Assembly (NCBI GenBank): GCA_010093705.1
Contig: MU006097.1
Span: 631,905-695,904, forward strand
Origin: Patellaria atrata CBS 101060
Taxonomy: Eukaryota
DNA length: 64,000 bases
Direction of reading: 5' to 3'
Positions 47,867 through 59,255 of the stretch are shown one piece after another. The notes beneath the pieces are model-generated. The model was not told the origin of the DNA. It did not search any database and saw only the letters and a program-made list of their open reading frames with translations. Within the stretch, counting starts at the first letter, position 1. Each line of letters opens with the position of its first letter. The translations under genes were made by a program, and so were the position numbers.

Positions 47867-48458
47867 ATGGGTGGTGGTCCTCGACAGGTTAACCTCGTGC
47901 AAACTCACGTCAGGATCATGCATAACACGAGTTTTGGTAGGGTTATTGGAAGAGTGGATCACAACTTCAACCACTTTGCTGTTGATGTACCGCCTCCTAC
48001 TAATCCCGTTAGGAGCCAAACTAACCTGTCGATATGGTGTAGGTAGGAAGTCCTGGCACGATTAGACGCTTCGAACTTGACGCAGTAAATGGCATGAACA
48101 ACCTAGGTCTCACTACAGTAGCTATCGAACCTGATGCTTACGCCAATTACTTCGCGAATAAAGCGATAAAGGGTACAACTTCATCGACTGATGCCGAGAT
48201 TAAGGCACGTGGTGAGGAGCCTTGAGTCCATATTTTAGCTTTGATCTTACCTTGTCTTGTTGGGTAGCGAGGAATATCATCGGCGAGAAACCGGTATTCA
48301 ATCTGTTGACTAACAATTGTCAAACATTCGCTGTACTCTTGATCAAACGGATACTAGATAATAAGGGCCTTTGGGTGACATTCAATGCGTGGCAGATGGG
48401 CCTTACAAGGAGGTTATTTACCGGAAGTGCTGGTTTCCCGTATTGTTCTTCAAAGTAG
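47867..48458 (+). CDS. Small (159 aa) permuted papain-fold (PPPDE/LRAT-like, NC-motif) protein; exons 47867-47986, 48043-48211, 48268-48458
   Basis: Not a single ORF in the track. Splicing two GT-AG introns gives an open 480-nt frame with NHFAVDV (His), GTTSSTDAEI and FNLLTNNCQTFA (Cys); the His-before-Cys order fits permuted NlpC/P60 enzymes. Confidence 0.7.
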
Positions 48459-49343
48459 GGTGATAAACCCGGATGGTTTGGGAGTCGCACCATCAGCTAT
48501 TAACTTAAAAGGGTGTCAACATCTTATTTTGGATGGGCGTTCCTACCAACTACGCTCGAGACGAGAAGGGGTACAAGAACTGTCTCTGTTCTAGAGAAAG
48601 AAGGCATTTGAGTATATTTTGTAAGGGAGTATGCGTAAAGGAGGTGGCCGTGGTGGCTTAGTACCCAAAGCTGCGCCTCCCTGGCGGACGTGTCAGTCCC
48701 GTTCTCCATTTGTCCTGTTTGTATCATTTGTTCAGTTTGTTCTCATTTAACAAAGATACAACATGAAAATCGCTGAGACGCATGAAGTTGGTGAAGTGCC
48801 TTTCGTATGACGTTTGAGAAAAGAGGGTACCTTACTTGTGCTGTATAAGGCCTCAGTAGATCCTCTAGCTTTAAGAGTGTATCTCTAACTATTTTTATCC
48901 TTAGTTAGAGCCAATCCTGTCAGATGCAGCTACGATGATCTACGGTTAAGGTACGGGTTGTTGCAGGGCTGAGGGCAGGATGATGGGGCTTGGCCACCGA
49001 CACAGCTTTCACAACCTTCAAGGGCTCCACCAGCATACGTAACGTCGAAGACACAAGACTTCCAAATACACTTTTGTAAAGAAACCATAAACCAACTTCT
49101 CTCCTTCAACCTCACTTTGACTCCTCTTCCGCTTTCCTATACTTCAAATCTCATCTATATTGTTTTTCCGCCGTCGCAATCTCCCCCTAGTCATTTGTGA
49201 AACACCAATCAAACACACTCGTTGCCCACACTCTCTGCGTAACTGCATACGGGGTGCAGTGTACACCCAACCAGCTGGCGAAAGACCTAGTCCTCGTCTC
49301 CCCTTAACCTTGAAGCTCAACTACATCTCTATATTCCTCCATC

Positions 49344-51023
49344 ATGGCCGCGAACGACTACTACACCTCCTTCAACCCCAATTCTCGAAGAGACGATGCG
49401 CCCTTACCTCCAGCTTCAACCTCGCCGCAACGACCGCACGTAGATACGCATTTGGTCCACAATACTATCTCTCCGGTCACATCTCCCTTCTCAGACAACA
49501 CGTATCCAGCAAAACCACAGAACGACTTCCACACTGATTCGTCGTATCACGGGGCTTCGAGTCAATATTCTTCGGCGCCAGATCCATTTGCAGATCATAA
49601 CGCTATCCCGATGCAACACCAAAACATGAAGTATGATCCAAATACTAGCCCTATAGAGGCGGAGGGACAATATCAGAGAGGTGGTAGACATGGTAGACGG
49701 CGTAGTAGGAAGAAGGGTTGGTTCGCAGGAAGAGTACCGTGGATGGTATATATCTTGACAGCAGCCCAAATCGCTGTCTTTATAGGCTCTATCATCAAAT
49801 ATGGTAAGATTTTGTTATCACCATTAGACTTTTATATCTCCTCTCTTACGTGTCCGGAAATATGCACACATCTGTGCCCATCATAGCAGCATGCTAACAC
49901 TTTCCCAGCCGTTCTCACCGGGAGACCCATCGCCACAACACCACAATTCAATCCCATGATCGGTCCCTCCACGCCCCTCCTCATCAACATGGGTGCACTC
50001 TACCAGCCTTGTATGCGCAATACGGAGGGGGTACAGAACTCCTCTATCCCGGTTGGATGGCCATGCCCCGGCGCCAAAACCAACGCAACTGAATGCACCC
50101 TTTCTGAGCTATGTGGCTTCGGCGGCGTCCCTAACCCGCATCCCAACGGTTCCATTGATGACAAACCCTCCCCGAATCAATGGTGGCGCTTCATTGTCCC
50201 GATTTTCTTGCATTCGGGTTTAATTCACATCACATTCAACATGCTAGTCCAAGTCACCCTCGCCCGGGAAATCGAGCAAAGCATCGGCAGCCTCCGCTTC
50301 GCCCTCGTCTACTTCGCCTCGGGGATATTCGGCTTCGTCCTCGGCGGCAACTACGCCGGGACCGGCGTCGCCTCGATGGGTGCCTCCGGCGCCCTCTTCG
50401 GCATTATTGCCCTACTCCTCCTCGAGCTCCTCTACAGCTGGCGCGACCGCCCAAAGCCCCTTCGAGACCTCGCCATGCTCGTCCTCACCATTGTCATAGC
50501 CTTCGTCCTCGGCCTCCTCCCCGGCCTCGACAATTTCTCCCACATAGGCGGCTTTCTCATGGGTCTCGTCATCGGCATCTGCATCCTGCACTCCCCCAAC
50601 GCCCTGCGCGAGCGCGCTGGCATGGACGAGCCCCCCTATAATCCCGTCACACCCGGTGGCCGCGTCCCGCAGTTCGCCTCCGTAAAGGCCTTTGCGAGAC
50701 AGCCGGTTGGCTTCTTCATAGGACGAAAGCCTTGGTGGTGGGCTTGGTGGCTCGTTAGGGTTGGTGCCTTGGTCGGCGCGCTCGTCGGCTTCATTGCGCT
50801 GTTGCAGAATTTTTACGTCCATAGGAGCGATTGTGATTGGTGTAAGTATCTCAGTTGCATCGTAAGTCTTCCCATCATATTGTCTGAAGTGAGAGAGATG
50901 GTGTTGACTGTATGCTAGCCCGTCAACGATTGGTGCGAGCAGGGTGTCCTGCGCTTCCAGGAGACGCCCTCGAAGAGGGATCTGTTCGCCGTCGATAGGG
51001 CGCGCATGTTGGGCATGTATTAG
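49344..51023 (+). CDS. Rhomboid-family intramembrane serine protease; exons 49344-49803, 49909-50861, 50919-51023
   Basis: NPMIGPS, QWWRFIVPIFLHSGLIHITFN, catalytic GASGALFG and DNFSHIGG, C-terminal CDWCKYLSCIPVNDWC. Confidence 0.93.
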
Positions 51024-51950
51024 ACTCAGATCCGCCTTATAACACAGAGAGGGGGGGGGGGGTGGTTGGTTATATCAAACAACAAGAAAAAAGTCCGAAA
51101 AGAGATATGTCTTGGCAGATTTCCCATCCCGCTTCACGACGATAACGGCTTCTTAATTAGCATCATAAAATCATATCATATCAGCTATCTTCCCGAGCGG
51201 GCGTTTTTTGTTCTTTTCCCCATCCTGCCTAAGGTACTTTGCTTCTTTGCTTATTAGCTGGGTTGGAAAAACGGGGTGTGGCATGCATACTTCAGAGGCA
51301 CGCTTTGCACTTGGGCATTTGTAAGCTAAGGGACATCATAAGGGTTTGAGTTCGGAGGAAAACGGAAATGTTATAATCTGATGTAATCATATACCCCTCA
51401 ATGATAGGAGTGAATTTAAATTTCTGTTGAATTCGTACCCCCATGCTGTGCATGGTTTTCCGGTTGTTTCGTCCGTTTCAAAACTGGGTAAGAGCTATGA
51501 AGAGAGCTTCGACTTGTCTCCGTTGGGTAAAAGCACGAGTGTTTTACAAGTGGAGATTAGTTGTATTCGGCTATCTAACTCAGTTTAGTTCTAGGAGCAG
51601 AGATCGTAAGAGAAAGAGAAGAGTTGGTTCCCATCCAGGAAGTAGGCATTACAAGAAAGAAGAAAATTATATCCCCACCCAACAGCAAACCTGACTTCCC
51701 GGAAGTGAAGAGAAGAAGAAGATATATTCCCACCCAGCGGAAACTCTGACCTCAGATGAGGTCAAGAAAATGGAAACCGAAATATGCACCATGCATTGCC
51801 GTTGAATGCACAATATCCGCCATAAAGCACTTGCCGTAAACCATGTCCCAGATAGAATCAAAAGCTTTTTGCAACCTATCTCAACTCACTGCGTCAGCAA
51901 TTAGCAATCGAAATTAGGTCGCTGAATGGTCCGCACATCCATACTCCAAC

Positions 51951-53761
51951 TTAACGAGTGAAAGAGCCAGTGTTGATGTTCTCCTTTTTCCAGCCCCGAC
52001 CCACTACCACATCCTTCTTCGGGCCCTTCCAGTCTATCGGCTTCGAGCTCGTGAACTTGTTCCAGGTAACCCTCAAGTCAAGATTCCTGATATCATGCTC
52101 CGTGATATCAGGCCTGAGCTCTCGTCTGGCAGACAAAAACCCACCGGTGAACTCGTCGATGGCCTGGCCGAAGTTTTTCTTGTTGGATAGTTCGCAGCGG
52201 GCGACCGGGGACTCGCAATGCGAAATAAGAGAAGAGACGCTCTTGAAGAGCTTGAGACAGCAAGGACACCTCCAGTCTTTGATTTGATGATTTTCGTTAA
52301 CGTGAGTTTCTACCGCGTCGGGTTTTCCGAAGTTCGCGCTGGAATGGTGGTCAGTACAGTCTGGATGAGCGGGGAGGGTAAATCAGAGAATTAAAGACAG
52401 GTATAGCTTACTCGCAGTGTGGATATGGACAACAGTAAGCCTGAAGGAATTCGTTATAGAGGCGCTCAGGGTCGTACTCGGCGGAAGTGGGATCCCAGAA
52501 TCGGATTTTGAACATGTTGTCTACTTGAAAAACCTTATTGCGCTCAGCAAGAGCTAGGTCCCAACTTGCTGTAGCAGGTTTAGCATCAGGAAAGAGCTTC
52601 TTTGCAGCTTTTTGAGATCCTCCCCACGCACTCGCCGTAACTTTGGTCGTGGCGTCTGAACACTCTGATTTTTGAGGAGGGGGCATGCGTGAGACATTGC
52701 TCTCAAGACGAACGCCACCGCTTTGCTCCTCAAAACTATACGACACGGTGCGATTGTTAGACGCTCCACTTTGTTGAATAACACGAGTAGAAGGAGAAGG
52801 GGTAGAGGAACGGGTTGTAGAACTGCTTAATCTCAAACTGGATATTTCGGAGGCCACGAGAGCAACTCCACCGCTCTGAGAACTGACACTGGGAAGAGGT
52901 GGCCAACGCTGATGAGTAGCGCTAAGAGGCGGAGAGAGAATCTCAGGTTGCAAAGTGGGATGCTGGTTAAGGTTGACTCCTTCAATAGGTGTATCGATTG
53001 GGAGTTCAACTCCCCCCGTTGTGTCGAAATCTCTAGCCGCATCTGCCCAATCCGGATTGATGATCTTGTCCATACTTTCTGGCTGCTCGAGAATGCGGTT
53101 AATGATGTTCTTGTGCATGAGGTGACCGTAGAACTGTTTCCTGGTGACCGCACCATTCTCGGACCTCAATGGATCGCCCTTCTGGCATTGATCGAATTCC
53201 CAGTGGCGAATAATTGCGGATGCCCGGATGAACTCTTCATTACAGCCTGGGCAGTGGAGACTTTGATTTACAGGATGCTCCTAGACACTATGTTAGTAGT
53301 TCCAAGGCGTAAGATTCTAACAAAACTGAACTCACCCGCTTAATATGCAGATCACGACCGCCAATGGACTTGAAACTTGCACCACAAAACTTGCAGCCTC
53401 CATGAAACTCGGCATTATGGTGCGTGAAAGCATCATAATCGTCTTCAAACACGAGGTAGCAATGCCGACAATAGTCATGGTCTTTCTCCATGTGTCTCCT
53501 CACCCGATTGCGCGCCTTGGTGCGGTCCTTTAGATCTTTAGGATCCAATGCCCTCTGCTGGAACTGACATCCCTCAAACTTGCAGACGTAACTTGAGTAC
53601 TGGGGAATGTCACCTTGCTCTCCCCATTCGTTTGGGTCTGACCTCTTGTATTTGTCTTTCTTCTTCGGCTTCCTCTCTGGTGCCGAATCACTGTCGGTGT
53701 CACTGTACTTTGCCACGTTGGTAGATAATTGTGATCTGGTGTAGATATCTGGATATGCCAT
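51951..53761 (-). CDS. Multi-C2H2 zinc-finger protein, ~560 aa; exons 53761-53336, 53280-52412, 52338-51951
   Basis: Repeated CxxC..H..H/C units (CRHC..HNAEFH, CKFC..HIKREH, CPYPHC..HVNENH, CPCCLKLF..HCE). Two canonical introns give a 1683-nt frame. Confidence 0.75.
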
Positions 53762-54384
53762 CGTGATCACCGTAGGAGCAGCTTATGCAGACAAGTGCAA
53801 AGAGATTGGGGTATTATGAGGGAATGTTTATGATGATAGAAGGTTGCGCTGATGGAAAAGGTTGATGCTGAAGTTGAGGTTGAGGTTAAGTGGAGGAATC
53901 GAAATGCAGTGGAATTGAGGACAAGAAGGAACCATAGATGGAAGGAGCAGTCAAACGGAGTCACTGGCGTGACTTCCACACCTCAATAGGACAACTGAGC
54001 CAAACAGCAACGAGGCCGAGATCGCATTCTAGACAATCGCATCCCTTGACATAATTAGAAATAAAATGTGAGGTATGTAAAAAGTGGAAATAAGTCAATA
54101 GAGTGCACAGGGAACTTCACTGGTAGATATTTAGTATGCTTTTAGCTACATGCTACCATTCAAGGGGTTTTGAATCTAACGTAGTAAAACGGCGGAATTG
54201 TATGAGAGTAAACTTTTGATTGAGTCCGTTGTAAAAAGAGAGATCTACTATACCAAAGAAAAGGTATCTCATCGTGATCATCACCAGCATCCCCATTCCC
54301 TACAAATAAAAAAGGCCTCAAAGGACGAATCCGTAGGCTCCTGTACGTGAGCCTGAATACCATACAGGAAGAAAAGATTACTCC

Positions 54385-54612
54385 CTCCCAGAAAACTCCA
54401 CGAAAGAAATGATCCACAGAGACAATCCCAAAGAAACCTCCCAGAAAAATCCCACAAGACATCTCTCCAGAAGATGCACCCAAAGAAACCTCCCAGGGGA
54501 AAAGTGACACAGAAGAACTCCCAGAAGACAAGACCGAAGAACTCCCCAGTAAGAAAACCCACAAGGAAACCCAGCAAAGGACAACCAAAGAGACTCCACC
54601 AGAGAAAATTCC
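54385..54612. repeat. Degenerate ~12-14-nt tandem array (CCA-purine run-CTCC-like units)
   Basis: About 15 related units, e.g. CCAAAGAAACCTCCCAG twice, CAGAAGAACTCC, CGAAGAACTCC, CAAAGAGACTCC. Confidence 0.65.
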
Positions 54613-54619
54613 ACACCCC

Positions 54620-54763
54620 CTATTCACTTTCAGAGAAACAACAGAACAACCACTTCCACCACGGTTTGCGGTCGTTAGCCGCCATCCGAGCCCCGAGGCC
54701 GTGCGGATCATTGATTTCCGCCAGGTTGATGGCCTCGGGGCCTTCTTGCATGCGAGGTGCCAT
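54620..54763 (-). CDS. Candidate 47-aa microprotein MAPRMQEGPEAINLAEINDPHGLGARMAANDRKPWWKWLFCCFSESE
   Basis: ATG in good context (AGCATGG). Upstream on the minus strand are a GCTAAT..CAG acceptor (~54809), a CT-rich leader and a TATTTAAAT element (~55250). No recognised family. Confidence 0.35.
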   Translation of the reverse strand: MAPRMQEGPEAINLAEINDPHGLGARMAANDRKPWWKWLFCCFSESE

Positions 54764-55825
54764 GCTGATGTGTTGTGGCGCTACGGCCGGGAAGAGACTG
54801 AAAGGAGGCTGTGAGAGAAATGGATTAGCTTGTACAATCCGTACAGTTTCGGATGGAATTGAAGAGGTAGCGGCAGTGAAGTTATGGGTGAGGCACCGGT
54901 ACGATCGGGAAAGAGGAAGTATGTGATTCTTGTTTGGTGCGAGACCCGACTTGAGGCAGTGGGATCTGTGCACAACGCGAACAGGAGGATTTGGGCCGTA
55001 CCGGTCAAGAGAGGAAAAATCAACACTTGTAGTTGTATCCCTTGAGCTTCTTGGTAATTCGTCGATTGTGTTTGGATCGATGGTGCATATGAGCTATCAG
55101 AAAGTTCAAAATTCAATGTTGAATGTGCTTGGTTGGGAGAAATAACTGACAGTGGAGGACGTCATTAGAGAGAATTGTTCTCTCTGAGGGCTATGTGTGA
55201 GTGAGAGAGAGGTGAGGTGTAAAGAGGAAGTTGTGCGAGTGTGAGAGAGATTTAAATAGCTGACGCGACTGAGCAGGTGCGTTTTCGGTTAGCCGCCGGC
55301 AGAAGATTTTTGCCACAGCTTGCGTTTGTTGTTGCAACCATCAACGAATAGACCCCTTGGATCAAGTGAAGTTTACTTCACTGTCTCAAGTGAAGGACTA
55401 GGGGCCTTGTGTGAAGCAGTGCGAGTTAACTTACCCCTGGATTTACTCTTCCCCTCATGAAAAAAGAAGCATATTTCCTATTCAGACTCATGTAGAATGA
55501 CCGTTTGACTTAAAGAAACCAACGACCTACTGGTATGCGCGGACATGCCTTCCCGGTTGCGGCATTCCTCCCCCACTGTACGATCACCCTCAAAGGGAAC
55601 TTCGACTCTGCAGTATACCATAATCCAAATAGTACAAAGAGCTTTCGAGAGTAGTAGCACTCAGTCGTACAATTAATACAGGCGTACTTACTTTCCGGAC
55701 ATGGGAAATTTCTAGTGGGCTGAGAGAATGAAGGGAAGTACTATTGCTAATATACGTTGAATTGAAGATAATATAGATACTTTCTATGCGGCAATCTCCT
55801 CCCCTACACATAATATTCATATATC

Positions 55826-56423
55826 CTAGAAACGAGTGTATGGCAACCTTTAAATAATTAGTTTCTTTCACAGGGTCGTATACAGGAAGTACGCACCATT
55901 TTCCCCTGAGCGTAATAACTACCCAATCGCCCTTCTCGTCAGTCTCCTTTTCTACTTTGGTACTGAAGCTGATTGCACTCATGATACCATCACCAAATTT
56001 CTCATTTAGTACAGCCTTGTAAGCATACCCATAGTTCTGTACAATCTCGTACAGGCGATAGATTAGGGGCTCCTTTGGTGGCATATCGAGGGTCCTGCCC
56101 CTATCAGGCCAAGCAGACAATTGGTTCTCAAGAACCTCGTGAGGAACATCGAAGAGTTCGGACAAATTCTTGATATCTTCCGGACTAGCCTTAGCCTGAC
56201 CGTAGAAAAGGGCGGCAACAGCCACCTCCTCGCGACCTAGTTTTCTGGCGATGTCCTCAAATGTGAGGTTCCTTGCCTTTTTGGCCTCGAACAGAGTTGG
56301 ACTAGACTCTGGAAGACGGGGAATAAGTGATTTCTAGCACAGTATTGTCAACCTCCGGGAGGGTAAAAGCGGGGTATGGGGAACACATACGTCAAGTGTA
56401 GCAATGACTTTTTCCTGCGACAT
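55826..56423 (-). CDS. cyn1: Cyanate hydratase (cyanase), three exons; possible in-frame upstream start at 56561
   Basis: [64 protein letters not shown]; last exon completes RGKWLPYTRF*. Confidence 0.95.
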
Positions 56424-57998
56424 GATAGAAGAGTTTTGGAACTTCCTAAGAAATGGTTGTCTTAAAATGTATGAGCATGGACGTAGGAGCCTTGTAGATA
56501 ATGGTACAAGGGCACGTTGGGTAAGTTTGGTGGAGAGAGCGAAACTTGGTGGGGAAGGCATTGTCACGGTATTAGTTGGACTTATATATGTTTTAGCTGC
56601 CGAAGAAAAGCTTGATTGAATCAGATGATGGAAGTACGGAAGAGGAACCTTAAAGCTAAGGTAAGGATAGTTGTTGGAGAGTATTACGTTAATATTTCTT
56701 TTGCCGGTTTCTATAGCGGAGATGGGATGTCGTCAGAAATCAGATACCCCACAACCCCCAGGTCAACGGAGATAATTCGGAGTCAAGTAATACACTCCTC
56801 CATAGTAATCCCGTCTTGTTCGGCTCTTTAAGCTACTAGTATGATATATCAAAGTAAGAATCTGGCGATATTAGTTCCAGTATACTGACAGTATGAAGTA
56901 GAACTAAGCTTATTATACCGGGTAGGGATCTGCGGGATGGCTAGTAAAAAGGGGAGCGGGACTTGGCAGAGAACCTACATTAAAAAACAGTCATCGCCCT
57001 GTTCGCTTACATCATATTCACTCATCATGGACATATTGCTGTCGAAATATCTCCTGAATATAGGACTCTATATATGGGAAAGCCCACCATGCTTCGTGTT
57101 CACGGTTGGTGTTCTCGGTCTCTGTACGGTACGGTTGGTGAACAGCTGCTGGGAGACTGCTTAATAGATAGTATCAACTAGCCTCCACTCTGTACGGTCA
57201 ATTATAAATGCGTTTGGAAGGCCATTCGTATCTTTCCTACTTCTGTTTACGCAGAGTTGGGACCACTGGAGAGAAAGGTTACTTGTACTGTACAGTAAAC
57301 GAGAAGTGGCATGCGGTGAAAAGAGACAGTTGTGAATCTAGTACATCCCTATATATAGGTCATCTTCTGATACATTCCCGAGAAATACATTAGTACGTAA
57401 ACTCTCTTTTACCAAACGGATCTGAGAACCTATACATAATTCAAATGCTACAGCTCTTCCCGGGGCTAGCACCTAAGGAAATAAGGGAGAAGGGTACACC
57501 AAGCGCCTTCTGCGTACAGGGGAGCTCATAATATTCGAACGTCCCCTGTACGCTATGGGGCGCTTTGGAGCTGGAGTCTCTAAAGTACTTTGACGTGGCT
57601 GTACACTTCAGAGCTATCATATGGACTTTATATCTCGGCATTGTTGATCCACTCCCAAGGCTCATCGTATATCTAACTGTACCAAATTTTCAAGATCCCG
57701 CATGCCTTATTTTAAGCAGACCATTGGAGTTGCAGTTATTTCCTTGTCTAACCTGTGTAGAATCTGAGGAATGGCCACATTTTCATATATTGCCGTACCG
57801 AACTGTACGTATTGCACAACGATGTCAACCATACAATAACTGAGACGCTCTAATGGCGATATAGAAGGCGTGGAGACTATAATAAGTCCTAATAATATTC
57901 AAACTATAGTTTACAACTACTACTCCTTAGCACTCCATTTTTTCGAAAGTACATGTGTCAGTATCTAGCCCTTACTGTCGCCCGGTTAAAACAAATTA

Positions 57999-58856
57999 CT
58001 ATCCGCAGCACACAGTAGCCTCTTCCTTCCGTTCCCTATAGAGTCAAGAGATGTTAGCTAGAAGAAAAGAACAACGACGCAGCTGGTCGAAGATGTGGCG
58101 AAATGAGGGTACTTACGTCGCACCTCCAACACCGGCCCCAAGCACTTCCCATGAAAACACCAAGCTGCCCAAGAACGCACCGATGAAGATGCAAATGATA
58201 ATATATCCATTATAGTACATAGCCAACAACATCACGAAATATGCGATTGCGAATGTTACCATATGTAACGCGGCCCTGACGATCTGTTGGAGAACTCCCG
58301 GTCTGAATCCATTCGCGGCGCCACAGGTACACACTGCTCTCTCCGCCACAAGAGGGCCTGGAACCTTTGCTGCAGCGCCCGTCTCGCCGGCGGTGGAGGA
58401 TGAGTTGCTGCTGTTGAAGCAAGTGCAGAGGACGGAACGCTGGTGCTGCCTCACGAGGAAGCGGTCATATTCTTTCGCGGAGCGTCGGAAGAACTCGAGA
58501 GCCATGACGAGAAGGATGACGCCGATGCAAGAGCCGGCGAACATGCCGCTCGATGTGATGTGCCAGCTGCTTGAGATGAAGCAGGAATCGACCGTGTTCC
58601 AGTTCCAGAGCATCTGATTGTTGATTAGCATTAGGTAATTACTCGGTCGGGATAGGACTGGAAAATGCTTGAATGGTGAAGATAAGATTTCTCTTGAACA
58701 TACAGATATTTTGCACCCGCCGCCCATGCCCATACCACCATGGTCATGATCCATAGACATCGCAGAGGTTGCAGCAGCACTCGCAGCGGAAGCTACTGTT
58801 GATCCCATTGCCATGGTCATTGTAGCGTGATCCATAGTCATTGTACCGTGTTCCAT
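57999..58856 (-). CDS. Ctr-family high-affinity copper transporter (Ctr3/Ctr4-like), ~228 aa; exons 58856-58704, 58613-58117, 58035-57999
   Basis: Met/His-rich N-terminus, CKISMLWNWNTVDSCF, TM2 MLLAM (MxxxM), TM3 GxxxG. A third exon after a GTAAGT intron supplies the C-terminal EATVCCG. Confidence 0.93.
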
Positions 58857-59173
58857 TTCGTCGAACTGGGAAGGTTGAGTCTTTTCCTATGTCTAGAAAA
58901 CTACTGATGTCTCAAGAGATGTTTCAGATGAGGGGAATAGGTAGAGATTTAGAAAGAGAAGGAAGTTATATAATAGCGATAGAGATATTGACTGGAGAGC
59001 ATTAGAGGTGATTGACTTATTCCGTGGGCGTGATCCAGGCCATACGTTCGGTACCAGAGGGTCAGCCTGTGGGATTAAGGTTGCATTTGACTTAACCTGT
59101 TATAAGTATAAGCTTCTATTGTGTAGATACTGATAGGCCGTACATTCTTCCATACACCAAAGAACGAATAATG

Positions 59174-59255
59174 CGAGCATTTGAGCAAGTTGTTTGCTCG
59201 CCAAGCAACGACCTCTATCTGCCAATGAGATCAAAGAAAATACGCCAACTGCTCA
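59174..59255. promoter_or_regulatory. Cluster of copper-response (Mac1/CuRE-like, GCTC-core) elements in the Ctr promoter
   Basis: TTTGCTCG (59193-59200) matches the yeast Mac1 consensus TTTGC(T/G)C(A/G). Inverted TGAGCAA at 59182-59188, CGAGCAT at 59174 and CTGCTCA at ~59249; 320-400 nt upstream of the ATG. Confidence 0.6.

Noticed and set aside
27700..48900. Starship or other giant mobile element as the carrier of the accessory block
   Set aside because: I see no tyrosine-recombinase captain, transposase or terminal repeats. The composition contrast is not diagnostic because core genes such as MOD5 and the cyclin are similarly AT-rich.
54385..54612. Possible CRISPR-like repeat-spacer array
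   Set aside because: Units are short and degenerate with no unique spacers, there are no cas genes, and the context is eukaryotic.
54160..54926. 150-183 aa ORFs on both strands
   Set aside because: They stay open because the skewed repeat array lacks stop codons; the products are low complexity.
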